Shown here piece after piece: positions 36,508 to 50,400 of a stretch of DNA of 64,000 bases. Numbering within the stretch: the stretch's first letter is position 1; the number at the start of each line of letters is the position of its first letter. A model generated the notes under the pieces. That model was not told the DNA's origin and made no database searches. It worked only from the letters and a program-made list of their open reading frames with translations. This stretch comes from Oculina patagonica. Its lineage: Eukaryota. Both the position numbers and the translations under genes were made by a program. Location of the stretch: positions 35,774,001 through 35,838,000 of the forward strand of contig NC_135758.1 of NCBI RefSeq assembly GCF_052425735.1. Direction: 5' to 3'.

Positions 36508-39500
36508 TTACCTCACTTTAGCAACATGCTCTTCTTTTATAACAGCTTCATCCCATGGGCCGTGAATATTACTAACGAGAGAATAAACAGAAAGAAATAA
36601 AGCTTTAAAACTAAGAACGTGACATATCACTTCTACGACGCAAGGCGAACAAACTGGGTTAAAATTGTTAACCATACTTGGTTCTTTATTACTTCGCAGT
36701 ATTGATTTGAAACTTCCATTACAGTGGGGGTTTCTTACGTAGAGTGGTTTTCAATTGAGTCTCGTAGAACCAAAACCAAAGTTATCCTTCTGGCCAATCA
36801 AAATAAATACAGACAATACAGTGAACCAAACAAAGCTCGAAGTATATACTTGTAGCCGACGCGAAGCGCGGGAAAACGTGTGCGAGCAAGTCATGATTTG
36901 TTTGGTTTAATTTCTGATTGGTTGAGAAAGTTGGGCGAGATTTTTTTAAACCAATCACCAAGCGTAGTAATGCAAAACCAAAGAAAATACGAATTACTTT
37001 CGACACTCAAGGTAAAACCGCTCCAACTACTTTTCCAGTTATCGACACATAAATAAATGTATTCATTAGTTCATTCACAAGAAAATAAACGCTTGCATGT
37101 TATCTCGAGAGAAGATGACTTAGGAAAACGAGTCATAACTTAAAAACAATATACGCGATCTAACTAGTAGTGCAAGAACATTTTACACACGAACATCGTT
37201 GAGTCTGATGCAAAAAAAATAAAACAGAAATGAAACAGTCTTGCCATCGTGGCAAATCTTAAATGAAACAGAAACACAAACTGATTCTGAGTTTCTATTA
37301 AACTTATCATGTCTCTTCAGATGAGTTTCGTTCTTACTTTTTTAACCGTTGTAGTTTAATCAGCCAAAACGGACACACAAACGTTACCGCCAGGTGCACA
37401 AGGGCCAGCAATACTGCAAATAGCGGAGACAGCGGCCACAACATCACTATGGCAACCAATACTAGAGACCAGGTCACAACGACGTGGCTTGAGGGAAGCT
37501 GCATCTGTTTAAAGACAAAAGTTGGAGCAATGCATTTCTACGTACAAGTAGCATTACCAAAAAAATTAGATCTCTGGGATAACGGTTGAAGGAACTTGTT
37601 TTCAAGCAAAATTAACGTCAGGAACTGACAAACCTAGTTATTTTATTAGTTGTTGTTTTCTACTTTGAGCAAGATACCGTGTTTAAAAACTTCTGTTGAG
37701 GGATTTTGTTAAAAATGTAGTAGATTTGACCAGTAAAGAACTGGATGAGAAAGAATGCTTTGGGGCAATAACTCCATTACAGTAAAAACCCGCGTATAAG
37801 AACAAGTGGATTAAGAACACCCAGGCCTGATTTTAGGAAATAAAGTACCCTTTATATAAGAACACATTCAGCCTGAAAAATGAAAAGTTGTTCTTATATG
37901 GAAAAATATCAAAGATCAACACTACTTTTCGTTGCACACATAATAGTTCCACCCCAATTACAGTACAGTATTGCCTTGATTTATCAATTTTATTAAAATT
38001 AAAATACAATTGTGTGCATATATATTGATTTCATCTATTGGTAGCCTAGTATGTTCCTTATTTTAAGAAACTTTTTTTAAGAACACTTAAGAACACTTAC
38101 AGGCTGATTTTGCAGATTATAACCCTTTATATAAGAACCAAATCAGCCTGAACCGCCAAAATAGGTGTTCTTATACGCGGGTTTTTACTTAGTACAAATG
38201 AAATACCATGATAAACACAAAACAACCTCCTAAGAAGCGTTCTGCAGTTAATGGCCGTTTCCACACAAGACTGAGGACGGACAAATCGTCTAGACGGACA
38301 AGTCGTCTGACGATCTGTTCGTCTAGTGTTAATTTAAGACGGCTTTTAGACGACTTGTCCGTCTAGACGACCAAGTCGTCCTCGAAAAATCGTCTTCCTA
38401 GACGGCCAATTCGACGAAGTTCAACACATTCATCCCGTTTTCATACTAAGACGATTTGTCCATTTCTAGTATGAAAACGGCCAATGATAGCCACAAGCAA
38501 AATATTTCATTTCATTCAACAAGAATAAGACTATATGGTACCTTAAGCTGTCTTCTCAGCGACGGAAAGAGAGCAAATAACTGCATGGCGAAAATGACAG
38601 TAGCAAAAACATGCCAAGAAGAAGGAAGGCGGGACGCCAAACATACAGACGCGAAGATGGAGGCGTTCAGCGAGGCAGACCTTGATACTCTGATAAAATA
38701 TTTTAATTTTTTTAAACGATATTGTATTATTTTTAAATGATATTGTTAAGATGAAGTGAAAATAGAAAAGTAAGGCAGCAAAAACAAAAAAGGTCAAACA
38801 AGACTAAACAATATACACCAGGCCCCAGTTGTTCGTAGGGTGGATTTCGCTTTCCACCGGATGAATTGCTATCCAGTGGATAAGTCTTAACAAAACATGC
38901 TACGTTATCCACCGGATAGTGATTTATCTGGTGGATAGCGTTATCCAACCTTTGAACAACTGGGGCCAGTGTGCTTATTTTATGTAATGTTTATCAGGTG
39001 TTGTAAATTCGTTTTCATGCTCATGTAATAACTTACCGGTATTTAAATAATTGATGTCATAATTTGTTTTCTTTACTCCTATTGTAACTTGTAAGTGGCG
39101 AAACAAATAAAATAAAATAAAAAATAAAACACAAAGACGCCTTACCCGTACGATTACACAGCAAACTAACCTTACAATATATTGCTATCTTGGCCTAATA
39201 TTTTAGAAACTTGGACAGTTTTAACTAAGAGGTAAGATAATGTTCAATCCCCTGTACCCTTATTTAACTGAATATGGGAAGGGACAATTAACTGCAAAAT
39301 GTTTACTTAATTAACTAGTGGTAACCACAGGTTAGAAAGTGCGGGCCTAGATGCACCTTCCTTCATTTCCAGGTGACAGAAGCGTCGATCTCAGTTCATA
39401 AATGTTCATGACACTTTCTTCGCATTCTAACCGAAAAATTCTCAACTTCCTGTTTGAACGACACATTTTCGGATCCTTTTGCAATGTTGAAGAACAAATA

Positions 39501-42500
39501 ACTTAGGTCACCTCATTTTCACGCCGGCAATTATTCCGACAGGTCGCGAAAATTTATCAGAAGTGTCGATAAATCGCTGGACAAAAGACAATTATTATTC
39601 CAAGTAACGCGTCACGCACGGAATGGATGATTTAATCGAGCAAGCGGCCCGGGCGGTGTTATCGAGATGTGATCTTGTTTGGTCGGTTAACTCGCTATGT
39701 TGTCAATGTTGTAAGGAATCATTCGTTTTGCCGTGGTGTGTTTGTGATACAATAACAGTAAATATTCTCAAAACCAACGCCTAAACAACGTCGGCCAAAC
39801 GTAGTTTCCAATCTTCCATGTGACAGAAGTCTTGATCTTATGTGACAAACTGTTGTGGTTGACTTATGTTTCCTCTGGTTTCGCATTCTAATCGTTCTTG
39901 AAGAACAGATTTTCAACTTCCGGTGTTTCAACAATCTGTTTTGATTGACACATTTTTCGCATTCTGATCGTTCTTGGTGGAAGAACAAAATTTTCAACTT
40001 CCGCTTTGCAGCTAGCCTTTTATAAACGTGGCGCGCACGCGTTATACGCAATCCGCTGGTCACTGTCAAGATTAGGGTTGCGGGCCTCTCTTGGGCCCGC
40101 AATAACATTTAGAATTGTTTAGGGTAGGTACCGTTGACAATAGAAAGGGCTTGCGTTTTGGAGTGTTAAAAACAATACAGACTTTAAAGAAAATTATCCC
40201 AAGTTATTAAGTCATTTTTGCAGTGTTCAAACCAAAGACAACCTCAAAATAGTAGTTAACTACAAGCACAAAAAAAAAAAAAACGAAAAAGAGGTTGCAA
40301 AGATAAAAAGAAACTGCAGTACTGTTTTTTAAAACGACATAATTATAGTAATTCATAAAACGAGCAACACTTACATTGCAGCACTTGTTCCATAATCGTA
40401 AAGGAGTAAGTTCATCGCAAGCATAAAAGTCTGAATAAGTAAAATCATTAAGGCATATCATGTTTGATAAAGGAAGACATTAATTAATTTTTTAAGACAC
40501 TAGCTACATGTACATGTACCTACATGTAGGTACACTAGGCACAGCCGGTTGTGAAACAGCAATCTGGTATGCTACTTTAACCCTTAATATGCTGAAATTA
40601 TTCCTAAAAACGCGTTTTTTTAAACCGTTAATCGATTTTCTTGGCTCGACGGTCCAAACGTTCTCTTATTTTGCTAAAAATGCACTTTCTGACAATGCAG
40701 GAAGATTTTGATGAAATTGCCATGAAAAAATGTACAATATTTTACTTTGGTGCATGCATGGCGCATGCATGGAACCGTTCCGATTTTTTTCCTTGCTCGT
40801 TTCCTTTTCGTTTTTTTCTGCTTTCTTATTCTCTCTATCTTTTACTCTGTGCACACCTTCTACTGGCCTGAAAAGTTTTGATCTGAATCAATGGAAAACC
40901 CTGGAAAGGAGATCATGATCAAGTACGGGTATTTTGGCCTGTTTTAGCACCAATTTTACAACAAAAACTGATCGCGTTTTTTTCGATTAGCTCTGTCGGA
41001 ATGCAGTCAATATTAAAGATGGACAGTCCTGTGGAAAGATCTATCCAAGCTCTATAAGATGCAAATCACAAAAATCTTCTGACGTGTAAATTGGTGACGT
41101 CATAAGTGGCAGAATGGCCATTCCTCAAAATCCCGGGATAATCCGGGCTTAGCATGTTAAGGGTTAAATTTCTGATGTGTTCATCACAGATATCAAAGGA
41201 AAAATAGGGTAAATTACAAGATAGCATTCTTTAAAAAAAATATCTTGGTAATCAACTTGGTAATCAGTGCAGAAGATGCTCATTATGACTTTCACCCATT
41301 CTCTCGTAATTACTTTGTGGCATTAGAAATCAAAACCTCATTGAACAAATTGATCCTGATAATATTGTACATTGTACGTAACAACCCTCCAAGTTTATTT
41401 TTTTCCTTGGTGGCCATTTGGCCACCTACTGCTCAAGTTTGGTTGCCAGTGAAAAATTTTAGTCGCTAAATTAAGCTCACTCTTTCAATCCTTCTTCTCA
41501 ATTTTAGTTGCTAGGCTGGCGACTTTAGTTCCAATTTAGTCGCCAGCTCCAAAATTTTAGTCGCCATGGCGACTAAAATGGTTTTAACTTGGAGGGTTGC
41601 ATAACAAATAACTTGTAATTTGTCAACATTAATAATCCACTGATTTAATTAAACATGAACTAACTTATTGTAATAAATGTTATTAACAGCTAGGGCAGTA
41701 CAAATTTTTAAAAGTGGCTTAAAGGAGCAAAGTCATTTTTCTGATAACTTTCAAATTGAAGGAAACCTCAAAGTAATAGTTGTCCTAACATAGAAAAACA
41801 ACAAAGGAGTAATAAAACGGAAAAACAAGGATGGTTTCGACTGACAAAGATTAAAACAGATTACAATCGATTACAAAATCAAAAAAAAACTTGCCAATTT
41901 TTTCAAGATGTGTTGCCGTGACGTAGCTCCTTTAAAAATTTGCAATTGCCCTTCTCTTGGCAGTACTTACTGTCATGGCATAAATTGTGTCTGTACTAAT
42001 GGAATCAGTCAAGGTTTTTAAAACTGGAGATAACACGAACACAGAACCAAGAACCACCACACAACTCTTTAGGTCATCTAGTCCTAGAAAAAGTAAGTGA
42101 CATTTGGAGGATCTTTCAAAAAAGTAACACTGTACTCAGCAGATTGTGAGCAGCCTGTTTTTTCTCTCCAGGATTGTGAAGCGAGACGTGAAAAACTGGT
42201 AGATGGATGGCTTCCCACTTAAATGTATTATAAGGAGACTACTTGCAAACTTCCTCTTTAAAGGTTGATGTAACTGTCAAGGCTAAGAGATGATTTCCAA
42301 AACTTGTTACTAACTTAAGCCAAACATTAAATTAATCTGACTTTTTATGGTTTAAATAAAGGGTATTAGCACCCTTAAGATTAGAGTATGATAATGAGAG
42401 TTCTCTTGTTGAACACTGAGTGCACCCTCATAATTATAGTTTGCGCAAAAACTTAGGGGACTTCTCATGATACTGCGCCTTTAATAATTAACATTCTTGT

Positions 42501-45500
42501 CTATCATAATTTATTTAAGAGAAATTGATGGCCACCACAGTAAGGATCTTGGTATTTTAATATTTAATATTTCACGTTTTAGGGAAAGCAGGCAGCGAGT
42601 GGTAACCACTGCATGTTAATTAAGGCTATGTTTTGAAGTTCTTACTTGATCTTTTTGATGCCGATCTTAATGTTCCTCCATCCAAAGCATCAAACAGAAC
42701 ATAACCAAGCAGTGTCAAAACAGAGGTGAGCACAAACAGCACAGAGGGTGACAACAGTCCAAAGTCCATGTACACAAATGCCGCCACAAATATGCATACA
42801 CTGGGGAATCAAAACAAAGAGAATGAATGAAGGCAACATAATTTTGCAAAAAGGTCCTTTTCTGTCCCCTATCTAAAAATGGTCCTGCAACCAGGTGGAT
42901 TCAAAACAAGAAATTAAATGTTACTCTGGTTCATAAAGTATCTAAAAATTTAAAGGCTGGTTTAAAATCCCAATGTTTAGGCTAAAACTTCATCCTTCAT
43001 TAGGAATAGGTGATAAGAAAATTACAAAGAGCATGTTGTCAAACCAGTTTGACTTTTATATTTCATTGTCTCATATCCATTATCATAATCTGAAACAAAG
43101 GGAAATAAAAATCAAACTGGTTTGAAAAATTTGAAATCAAAGATAATTTTCAATCAAAGTCTCTTCGAGATATCGACGTTTTTGCATGAAGTATGAGACG
43201 AAGGTTTATCCTGTGCATTGTTCTTCGAACTTATCATTACAGTTTCTTTGTAGTTTAGTTTAACAATTTCCTATCTTTGTGGAGGAAATGCAGCCATATA
43301 ATTTTGTCAAAAATGGCTCGTCCGCGCTGGGTATTTATACACATATTCCTTAACATTACACAAATAAACAGTGCAAATTTCAGCGAGATCTGACAATTCT
43401 ATACTTTAAAATTGCAAGGACCTTTCGAGGCAGTCGATTACGGCAGCGAAATTAGCAAATGAAACAGCAAAATATGCGTTCGATGCTTTGTTTTTGCGAC
43501 GCCATATTTGAATTATATTGTTATAGGTAGACCGCTGTTCAATGTGTTCAAGGCCGTATTGTTACGATTGCTCCACGAAAAATCACGAAAAAATACTACT
43601 GTCGGGGAAAACATTGCGCATATAATTGCAGCGTAAACAAATCGTTACACTCAAGCTGCATTTTGTCTAGGCTTTGCGAGGGTTAACCTGAGATCATGCC
43701 CTCCCTCGCGAGGGTCGGATATCAAGACCCAGGATTAAACAAAAGCCATATATACAGTGAATGCTCTTGAATTATATTTCAAGATGAAATACGAAAGAAT
43801 TTTGCTGTCTTTGACTGAAATTCCACTCGAACTGCGTAGATACGATCGCATGTTGTAAAGCCGATTCATGCAACATTGCTATCAACGCGAAATCTCGTCC
43901 CTAACGACCTAGGCTGATGACGAAATAGAATTGCGCTTGCATGTAGCGACCAAATTTGGCCTAATATTTAACCGCTCCTAAGCTAAAAGAAGCCATTTGT
44001 TTTGACTTCAATAATATCTTTGAAAAGAGCAAGTTTTTTGGTATGGTTTATTTTTGATGTTTGTAATGTTTAAACGATGTAAGTGCTAGTGGTTATTTAT
44101 TCGTGTTTTAGTTACGCAATCCATTGTTTGTGCGACGCTTTTTATAGATCGCCTTTCAGACACACGTGCGTTGAGATAAGAAAGCTGACATGTCACTTTT
44201 AAAATTGTTATATAACGTTTGTAAATGTGACAAGTCACGTTTTTTCCACGAGATCACCCACAGCGGAAAGTAATCCCTTGAGAAATTAAAACAGTCCCTT
44301 GAGAAATTAAAAAAGTCCCTTGAGAGTTTACAAATATGTGGTTCCAAATTTTGACCACATAACCCCTATTCTACGTTTTTAGCTTGTAAACAAGCAAAAA
44401 CGTCGAAAAAAATGCAAATTTGAGCTAATTAAGTCTGATCTTGTCCTTTAAAGCTAAATTGAAATACTCATGTGGCAGATAATTACTGTAGTCCTGATTG
44501 AGTGGATTCCTGCAAGTGTTGATCTCCCACACTTCTAAAGGGCGTCCAGTATACCAATTTGCACTAAGTCTTGTACTTAAGATCTTGGAAGATTCCCGGG
44601 AGATGGAGTGACCAAAATGTAAAGAATGATCAGCGAACGCTGGCTATTGCAATTGTTTACATTCAACCACTTTCCCAAGTTCTTTCAGTCAAGAAGCAAA
44701 TTTACATTTTGTTTCACCAAACGTAGCTCTTACCACAATCTTGGCAAGGAATTAAATAACTTAGTGCCAAGAGCAGATTTGCTTCTCGGCTGAAATAACA
44801 CCATAAAGGAGTAGATAATTAAATTAAATTTTACAATAACAAGCAACTTAGGTATATACATCTACATCTTATTCATGAAAATAGGGACAAAAATAGTTCC
44901 TATCATTTTAAGCCTCATTCTAAGGGGCATTCTTCAAAGAGTACTGGTTACAGAGTGTAACACTTTTAGCAGTTTCCAGATATTCAACAAAAACTTTTGC
45001 TCCTAGAATTAAAGTTATTTTTTTACCTGCTTACTTGCTGAGACACTGCCCCTGACTCTGACACCACTGACCAGAACTGGTAGGTTCTTGTGTTTACTGC
45101 AAAAAAGTACCTGCAACATCAAACTTAACTGACATTTTCTTTCACTTTGCTCAAAATAAAAATTAAGAGGAATGCAAGGACACCTGTCACAAAATAGGTG
45201 TTCCTCAGACTGGAAAAAAAAATTCCTGAAAGGGGGGGGGGGGGGGCACTCCCATACATGGGATATATAGGGATGTGCCGTGGGATAGGGTGTAAATTTT
45301 TTTGGTGTCTATCCTTAACTCTCTCGGTGCGGTTGTCAAGAACACACAACATCCCATTTTGTGACTCTGAGTGCGGATGTTGAGTTTTTTTGTCATGATA
45401 AACAGTCCCAGATTTCCTTTTGAAACTGTCTTCAATAGGGACACTATGATCAATAAATACTTTAGATACCCTCTAGGAGAGCTGGAAAGCATGACAAGCA

Positions 45501-47011
45501 CGACCTTTTGCTGTTTGCATATGATGGCCGAGTATTATTGACAAGTTCATGTTACAATGTTTCTGTTTACGGCTGAAGGACATTTAAACATGGCGTTGAA
45601 TAGGTAGGTAATTTTTAATTCAGGAGTGCTTCGGAGAATTTAAGCTGATTTAACCAAGAATATAACAGTTGTGCTTTAGGAATCAATTTATTTAAATGAG
45701 CAGATTGGGTATTTGGCGTGTAGTTTATTGGTCATAAGTGCAAACATGAAAGAAGGTAGTTCAATTTAGCAAGCATCGTCACTGTTGCAGTTTAAGGCTT
45801 GCTGCACGAGCTTACCATACACTAAATCTTTAAAATACCATATTTTCTCGATTTAACGCCAGACACCAATAGCACATTTGAACGATGTCGTCATTTCGCC
45901 TTTCCTTTGTTGTTCAAATTTTGAATTCCCAGTGGGGTTTGAAAAGTGACGCCATCATGCAAATCGCCTATTAGACGCCGGCCTCGTATAAACGCCGGGT
46001 CAAAACTGCTAATTTTTAAATAAATGCCAGGGGGCGTTTAATCGAGGTCCCGGCATTTATATGCGGTCAAGCTTACAAGTATAATAAAATATATAGCAAT
46101 AGCACCGCTGACATACTAGTACCGTATGCAACTTTGTCGTTAATTTTAGGAGTACGTTTCTAAACCAGGAGGATGTTGGCGATGTTGTCGTCAATGAACT
46201 TATTTCTTTGTACCCATAAAATTAACTTTTTCCTATATTTTTCATGTTTGTCACAAATCTTGATTGCAACAAACACGTGTCGTATGCTGCCTTTTGGTAA
46301 TAATCATCCTCGGAGACCCAGAGACAGTTTTTCGAGGCGGGACGAAGAGAAAAATCGTCCCGCCTTGACAAACTGCCCCTGCGTCTAGGATAATTGGTAG
46401 TAATAAATCAAACTGAAAATATGATAAAAAATTGCACCTCGTTAATAAACACCGGACCCCGATTAAATGCCGGCTTCAAATAAACGCCGGGTCCTGCATG
46501 CCAAGTTTAAAATAAACGCCAAAGGCGTTTAATTGAGAAAATACGGTAATCATTTCTTTAGATTCTACATTTTCTTAGCATTACAGTGATATATACTTTT
46601 CCAAGGGTTTGTCTAAAGTAATGCGCGTATGAACGATTTTTGGAAGACATCCCTGAAGGTCTACAGTAACGCCTATCCGAAATTTCAGGGGTGGAAATTT
46701 ACGGGAGTATCCCGCCCGGGAAAATATTATTCTCTGTTATACTCAATTGTTTAATGCCGAAGGTGTGAAACAACGCTTCTTGCTATCCAATCAACTATGT
46801 TACATCAAATGTATCAACCTTTGTTCTCAATAACTACTCCGTGGTAAGCATAATTAGCAAACTCACAATTTTTCTTCATTTCTTCGAGAAATGATTTGTC
46901 CACATAGTTGTCAGGGACGCCTTGGTCTTCGTAAAGCACTTTTCTCCATGGCTTTTTTCTTTTTACCTGAACTGAAAGGAAATCATTACCCTTTCCAGTG
47001 TCACTGACCAT
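36508..47011 (-). CDS. PIGC: Phosphatidylinositol N-acetylglucosaminyltransferase subunit C (GPI2/PIG-C), 8 exons, ~305 aa
   Basis: Exons 47011-46867, 45096-45027, 42800-42646, 42083-41971, 40430-40375, 38689-38542, 37504-37338, 36571-36508; all GT-AG, frame-consistent (918 nt). Motifs [60 protein letters not shown]. Confidence 0.95.
37780..38189. mobile_element. Tc1/mariner(pogo)-type MITE, copy 1
   Basis: TIR cagtaaaaacccgcgtataagaa; inverted sister copy at 55747-56083. Confidence 0.85.
38253..38482. mobile_element. Harbinger-like MITE
   Basis: Termini tggccgtttccacac / gtatgaaaacggcca; internal cgtctagacg palindromes. Confidence 0.6.
38822..38966. mobile_element. Harbinger-like MITE
   Basis: TIR gccccagttgttc; CAG duplicated on both sides. 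Confidence 0.75.
40581..41163. mobile_element. piggyBac-like MITE
   Basis: TTAA|cccttaatatgct...agcatgttaaggg|TTAA; second partial copy at 4632-5027. Confidence 0.85.
41382..41599. mobile_element. MITE
   Basis: TIR caaccctccaagtt / aacttggagggttg; internal tttagtcgc repeats; TSD unclear. Confidence 0.7.
45838..46546. mobile_element. TA-flanked MITE, related to 57401-57636
   Basis: Termini ccatattttctcgatttaacgcc / ggcgtttaattgagaaaatacgg; aaacgccgg repeats. Confidence 0.75.
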
Positions 47012-47427
47012 GGTTTGCAGCACCAACGCACACTGCATGTTTCGCTCTTCGCTTCTACAGGACAAAACAGATTCGAGAGTTCACCTGGAACAGCCGGCTG
47101 TCCGCCATATTGGAATTTCACACACTTGAGTGTAAATTACATGACATTTACACGACGTATAATTTCTCAAATATGTGAACTGCTTAGTGATACAGCAGGC
47201 TCAAACGAGCTTCCCAAAATCGTCGAAATCGTTTACAGTTCTTGAGGATGACAGTGGTTTATTATCAAGGGTTGTGTTGCTCTTTTCTAGTAAAATAGTC
47301 ACACCTCTGATGAATTAAGTATCACAGAACGAATAAGAAGAATTTAAGTTCTGGAAAGAAGTCAATATCTTGCGATTTCGAAGGAAAAAGATACCCACTC
47401 TGTACTTCCGCTTTTCCATCCTGGAAG
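47012..47427. promoter_or_regulatory. Probable bidirectional promoter between PIGC and the death-fold adaptor
   Basis: Divergent ATGs 416 bp apart; YY1-like CCGCCATATT at 47102 and ETS-like ACTTCCG at 47404. Confidence 0.6.
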
Positions 47428-50400
47428 ATGGAGCAAGAACACAGAGAGATCCTTCGGAACCGTCGGATCCCCATCGCGGAGGATTTAGAGCCTTTAAAGT
47501 TGTTGAATAGACTAGATGTTATTGACGATGATGACAGGGAGGAGATAAAAACGAAGGAAACGCGAAGAGAACAAGCTTACGCATTACTCGACATGATTAT
47601 CAGGAAGGGACCTAATGCTTTTAAAAACTTTGTTTCTGCTTTATATGAACTTAAGAGCCAGAAACACCTCGCCGATCTTCTGATACAGGATTCAGGGATA
47701 CAGATAGCTTCTATTCCGAAAGGTAAGAATACTTTTTTCTCGAACGAGAAAAGGTTTAGGGTTTACTTGTTTTACTTTGAAGCAATAAAAATGTCAATAA
47801 TTAGCTAGGGCTCTGTCATTAGATGCCCACTCCCCGTCTCCTCTGCCCCCCCCCCCCCCCCCGCCTCTCCGTCCCCCTCCCACACATACTAAGGTATATA
47901 TTTGTTTGTTTCTTTTTTTCCTCACACAGCTGGGCATTTGAGAAAAGTGCAAAAATATGCCCCACCCATGAATGTGTTGTTCTTTCTCTAAAGCCGTGGA
48001 ACCAAGTCCCAATTTCATCAAAATTGGAATATTACCCTCTATGTGTAGTTGAGCTTGAGCCAACTGCCTAGAGTATGCCTGGAAAAGGGAGAATAGTTAT
48101 GCTGGAATAGCCAAAAAAAATTAGCTCATTTACTACCAAGGGTGTTTAGATCAACATCATTGCCCCAAACCAATGGCGGAACCAGACCTTCAGGTAAGTT
48201 GGGGCCTGATCATCCAGACTTCATGAATAAGAGGGGGGCTGATCTCAAGAGGACTTTTTCTCAACCCTACAGGTCTTAGTTTGGCCTGAAAAATTATAGG
48301 GGTGCCCACTCATTTGACTCATAAAACAGGGGACCTGACCTTGGCCGCTAGCATTTACTGATTTTTCAAATTATTTTTTTACATACATGTATTTGGAAAA
48401 CTCTTCACCTGTAAAGGTAACACTGGAATGTCAGGCCAACACAAGGAAATTCTCCGCAAAAATGTTGAAAACCTTCATCGCATGAGCCTAGATAAAATGG
48501 TGACTCAATTATCAGGTTTATTAGATGAACAAGATAAACAAAATCTACTTAATGTTGCAAAACCAGTCTCCCAAAGGGTAGAAATGCTTTTGACTGAAGT
48601 GCTCCCAAGAAGGGGTCCAACTGCTTTTAACTTGTTTGTGCAAGGGCTAGAGAAAGTCCATCCTTCAATGGCAGAAAAGCTTCTACAGGACGCTGGACTA
48701 AAAGGTACATGTACATAAGATTTGGAATGACATTGGTTAGTGTGCTGGACTTTACATTGACTGTACATTATTTGCAGTTACTCCTTATTCACCAGCATGC
48801 AGGGTAGAAAGAGGCTCAAGAACAAGCACCCTGCCCAAGACACTGTCTTGGTGTGCTCAACCTCTGAACCCCTATGTATCTTTATGTTCTTTCCACCCCG
48901 CATGCAGGTGAATTAAGTGGTACTAATTAATAATTTGTTATTGTTAGCGGACTAGAGTAAACCTGACAGGAGATATGAGCCACTGAATAATGATCAAGAT
49001 TCACAGCCTCAATATGGATACCATCGCCATCATCATCATCATCATTATTGTTATTATAATTATCATCACTTGCATGAATAGGCCAAACCTATAAAGCCCA
49101 GTATAGTAGCTCATAAGCCCTTGCATTAAACTCAGTTTTCTGGAGCATGAAGCAACTAGAAGTACTGCTACTTTCCCTAGAGGAGTATTGCTATTCTGTC
49201 AGGTTGCCGTAACAATTTGGCTGTACCATTTTTATTCTCGACTGGAGAGGTCTAGAGGGTGTGTGAATGTCAAGTGTCTACCCCAAGAACACAACCGAGT
49301 GACCCCTGCAGGGCTCACAGTTGCCTGGACTGCTTGACCCACTGACCATTAGGCCACTGCACTCTAAAAGTACAGTGTAAGTGTGAGTACTACAAGTAGG
49401 CCAGGAATCAAGGTGCAATGATGTGACTGTTAATTTCTCATTGTCAGTAGTCACAGAAAGGCAGGTACATGGACAGACACCTGGACAGTCAGACGGTCAG
49501 TTAGGTACTGGTTTTACAAACTTCCTTGTTTCTTCTTTTAAACTCTATTTTAAGTTATACTCTTTGGTCAACCTTGCCTTGCTACAAGTATCAATCTATA
49601 AATGCACATTCATATCCTCTCCCTTAATAGGATCTTCTTATAGTGAGGGATCACCTATAAAGTTCCCTGTACAAGACAGCAGTTCCTATTCATTTAACAC
49701 CCCAGTCCAAGACATTCTAGAGGAAAGACCTGAGTTGTTAAAAGAATTCAGGCTTCAAATGGATGAAGATGATATTTGGGGTAATGGATGGAAGAGGTTG
49801 GCTATAGTCATTCCCATTGTTTTACTTAAATGTTAACTGAAGTTAATTTAAGCAGTGTTATTTGTGATGCAAGTGTTATGTATTATGCACAGTAAATAAA
49901 TAATTACGGTATTAGTATTGACAGAATTGTAGGGAATGTATGAAACCAGTACAATTTGGATGGAGCCACACAATGGTCTCTGACAGTTAAATTCTCTCAT
50001 AATGCCATTCAATTTTTACTAGGTAAAATAGGCCTTTGCAATAGTTGGTCATGTGACCAACTTTCCATTAAAAACATATATATAGCAATTTATATAGAAA
50101 TATATATATAGAAATAGAAATAGTATAGAAATAAGCTAGCATGTAAATTTTCAGGCTTACTCTCTTCCCTCCCCCCCCCCCCCCCCAACTTAAAATGGGG
50201 TATCTTTATGACTGCTTGAAATTAAAAAGATTTGTATGAGAGGAAAAATGCCTTGCCATCCAGTCACGCTCATGTGCTTTTTCATACAAGTCCTTGTAAA
50301 TTTTAATACAGTCAAATCCTAATTTTTCAAACCTCCTGGGTCATTAAAATTGCTTTGAGAAATTGGGAGATAAGAAGTTAGGATTCTACTGTATTTCCAA

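Noticed and set aside
49020-49070. Poly-His coding tract
   Set aside because: Intronic (CAT)n microsatellite downstream of a stop.
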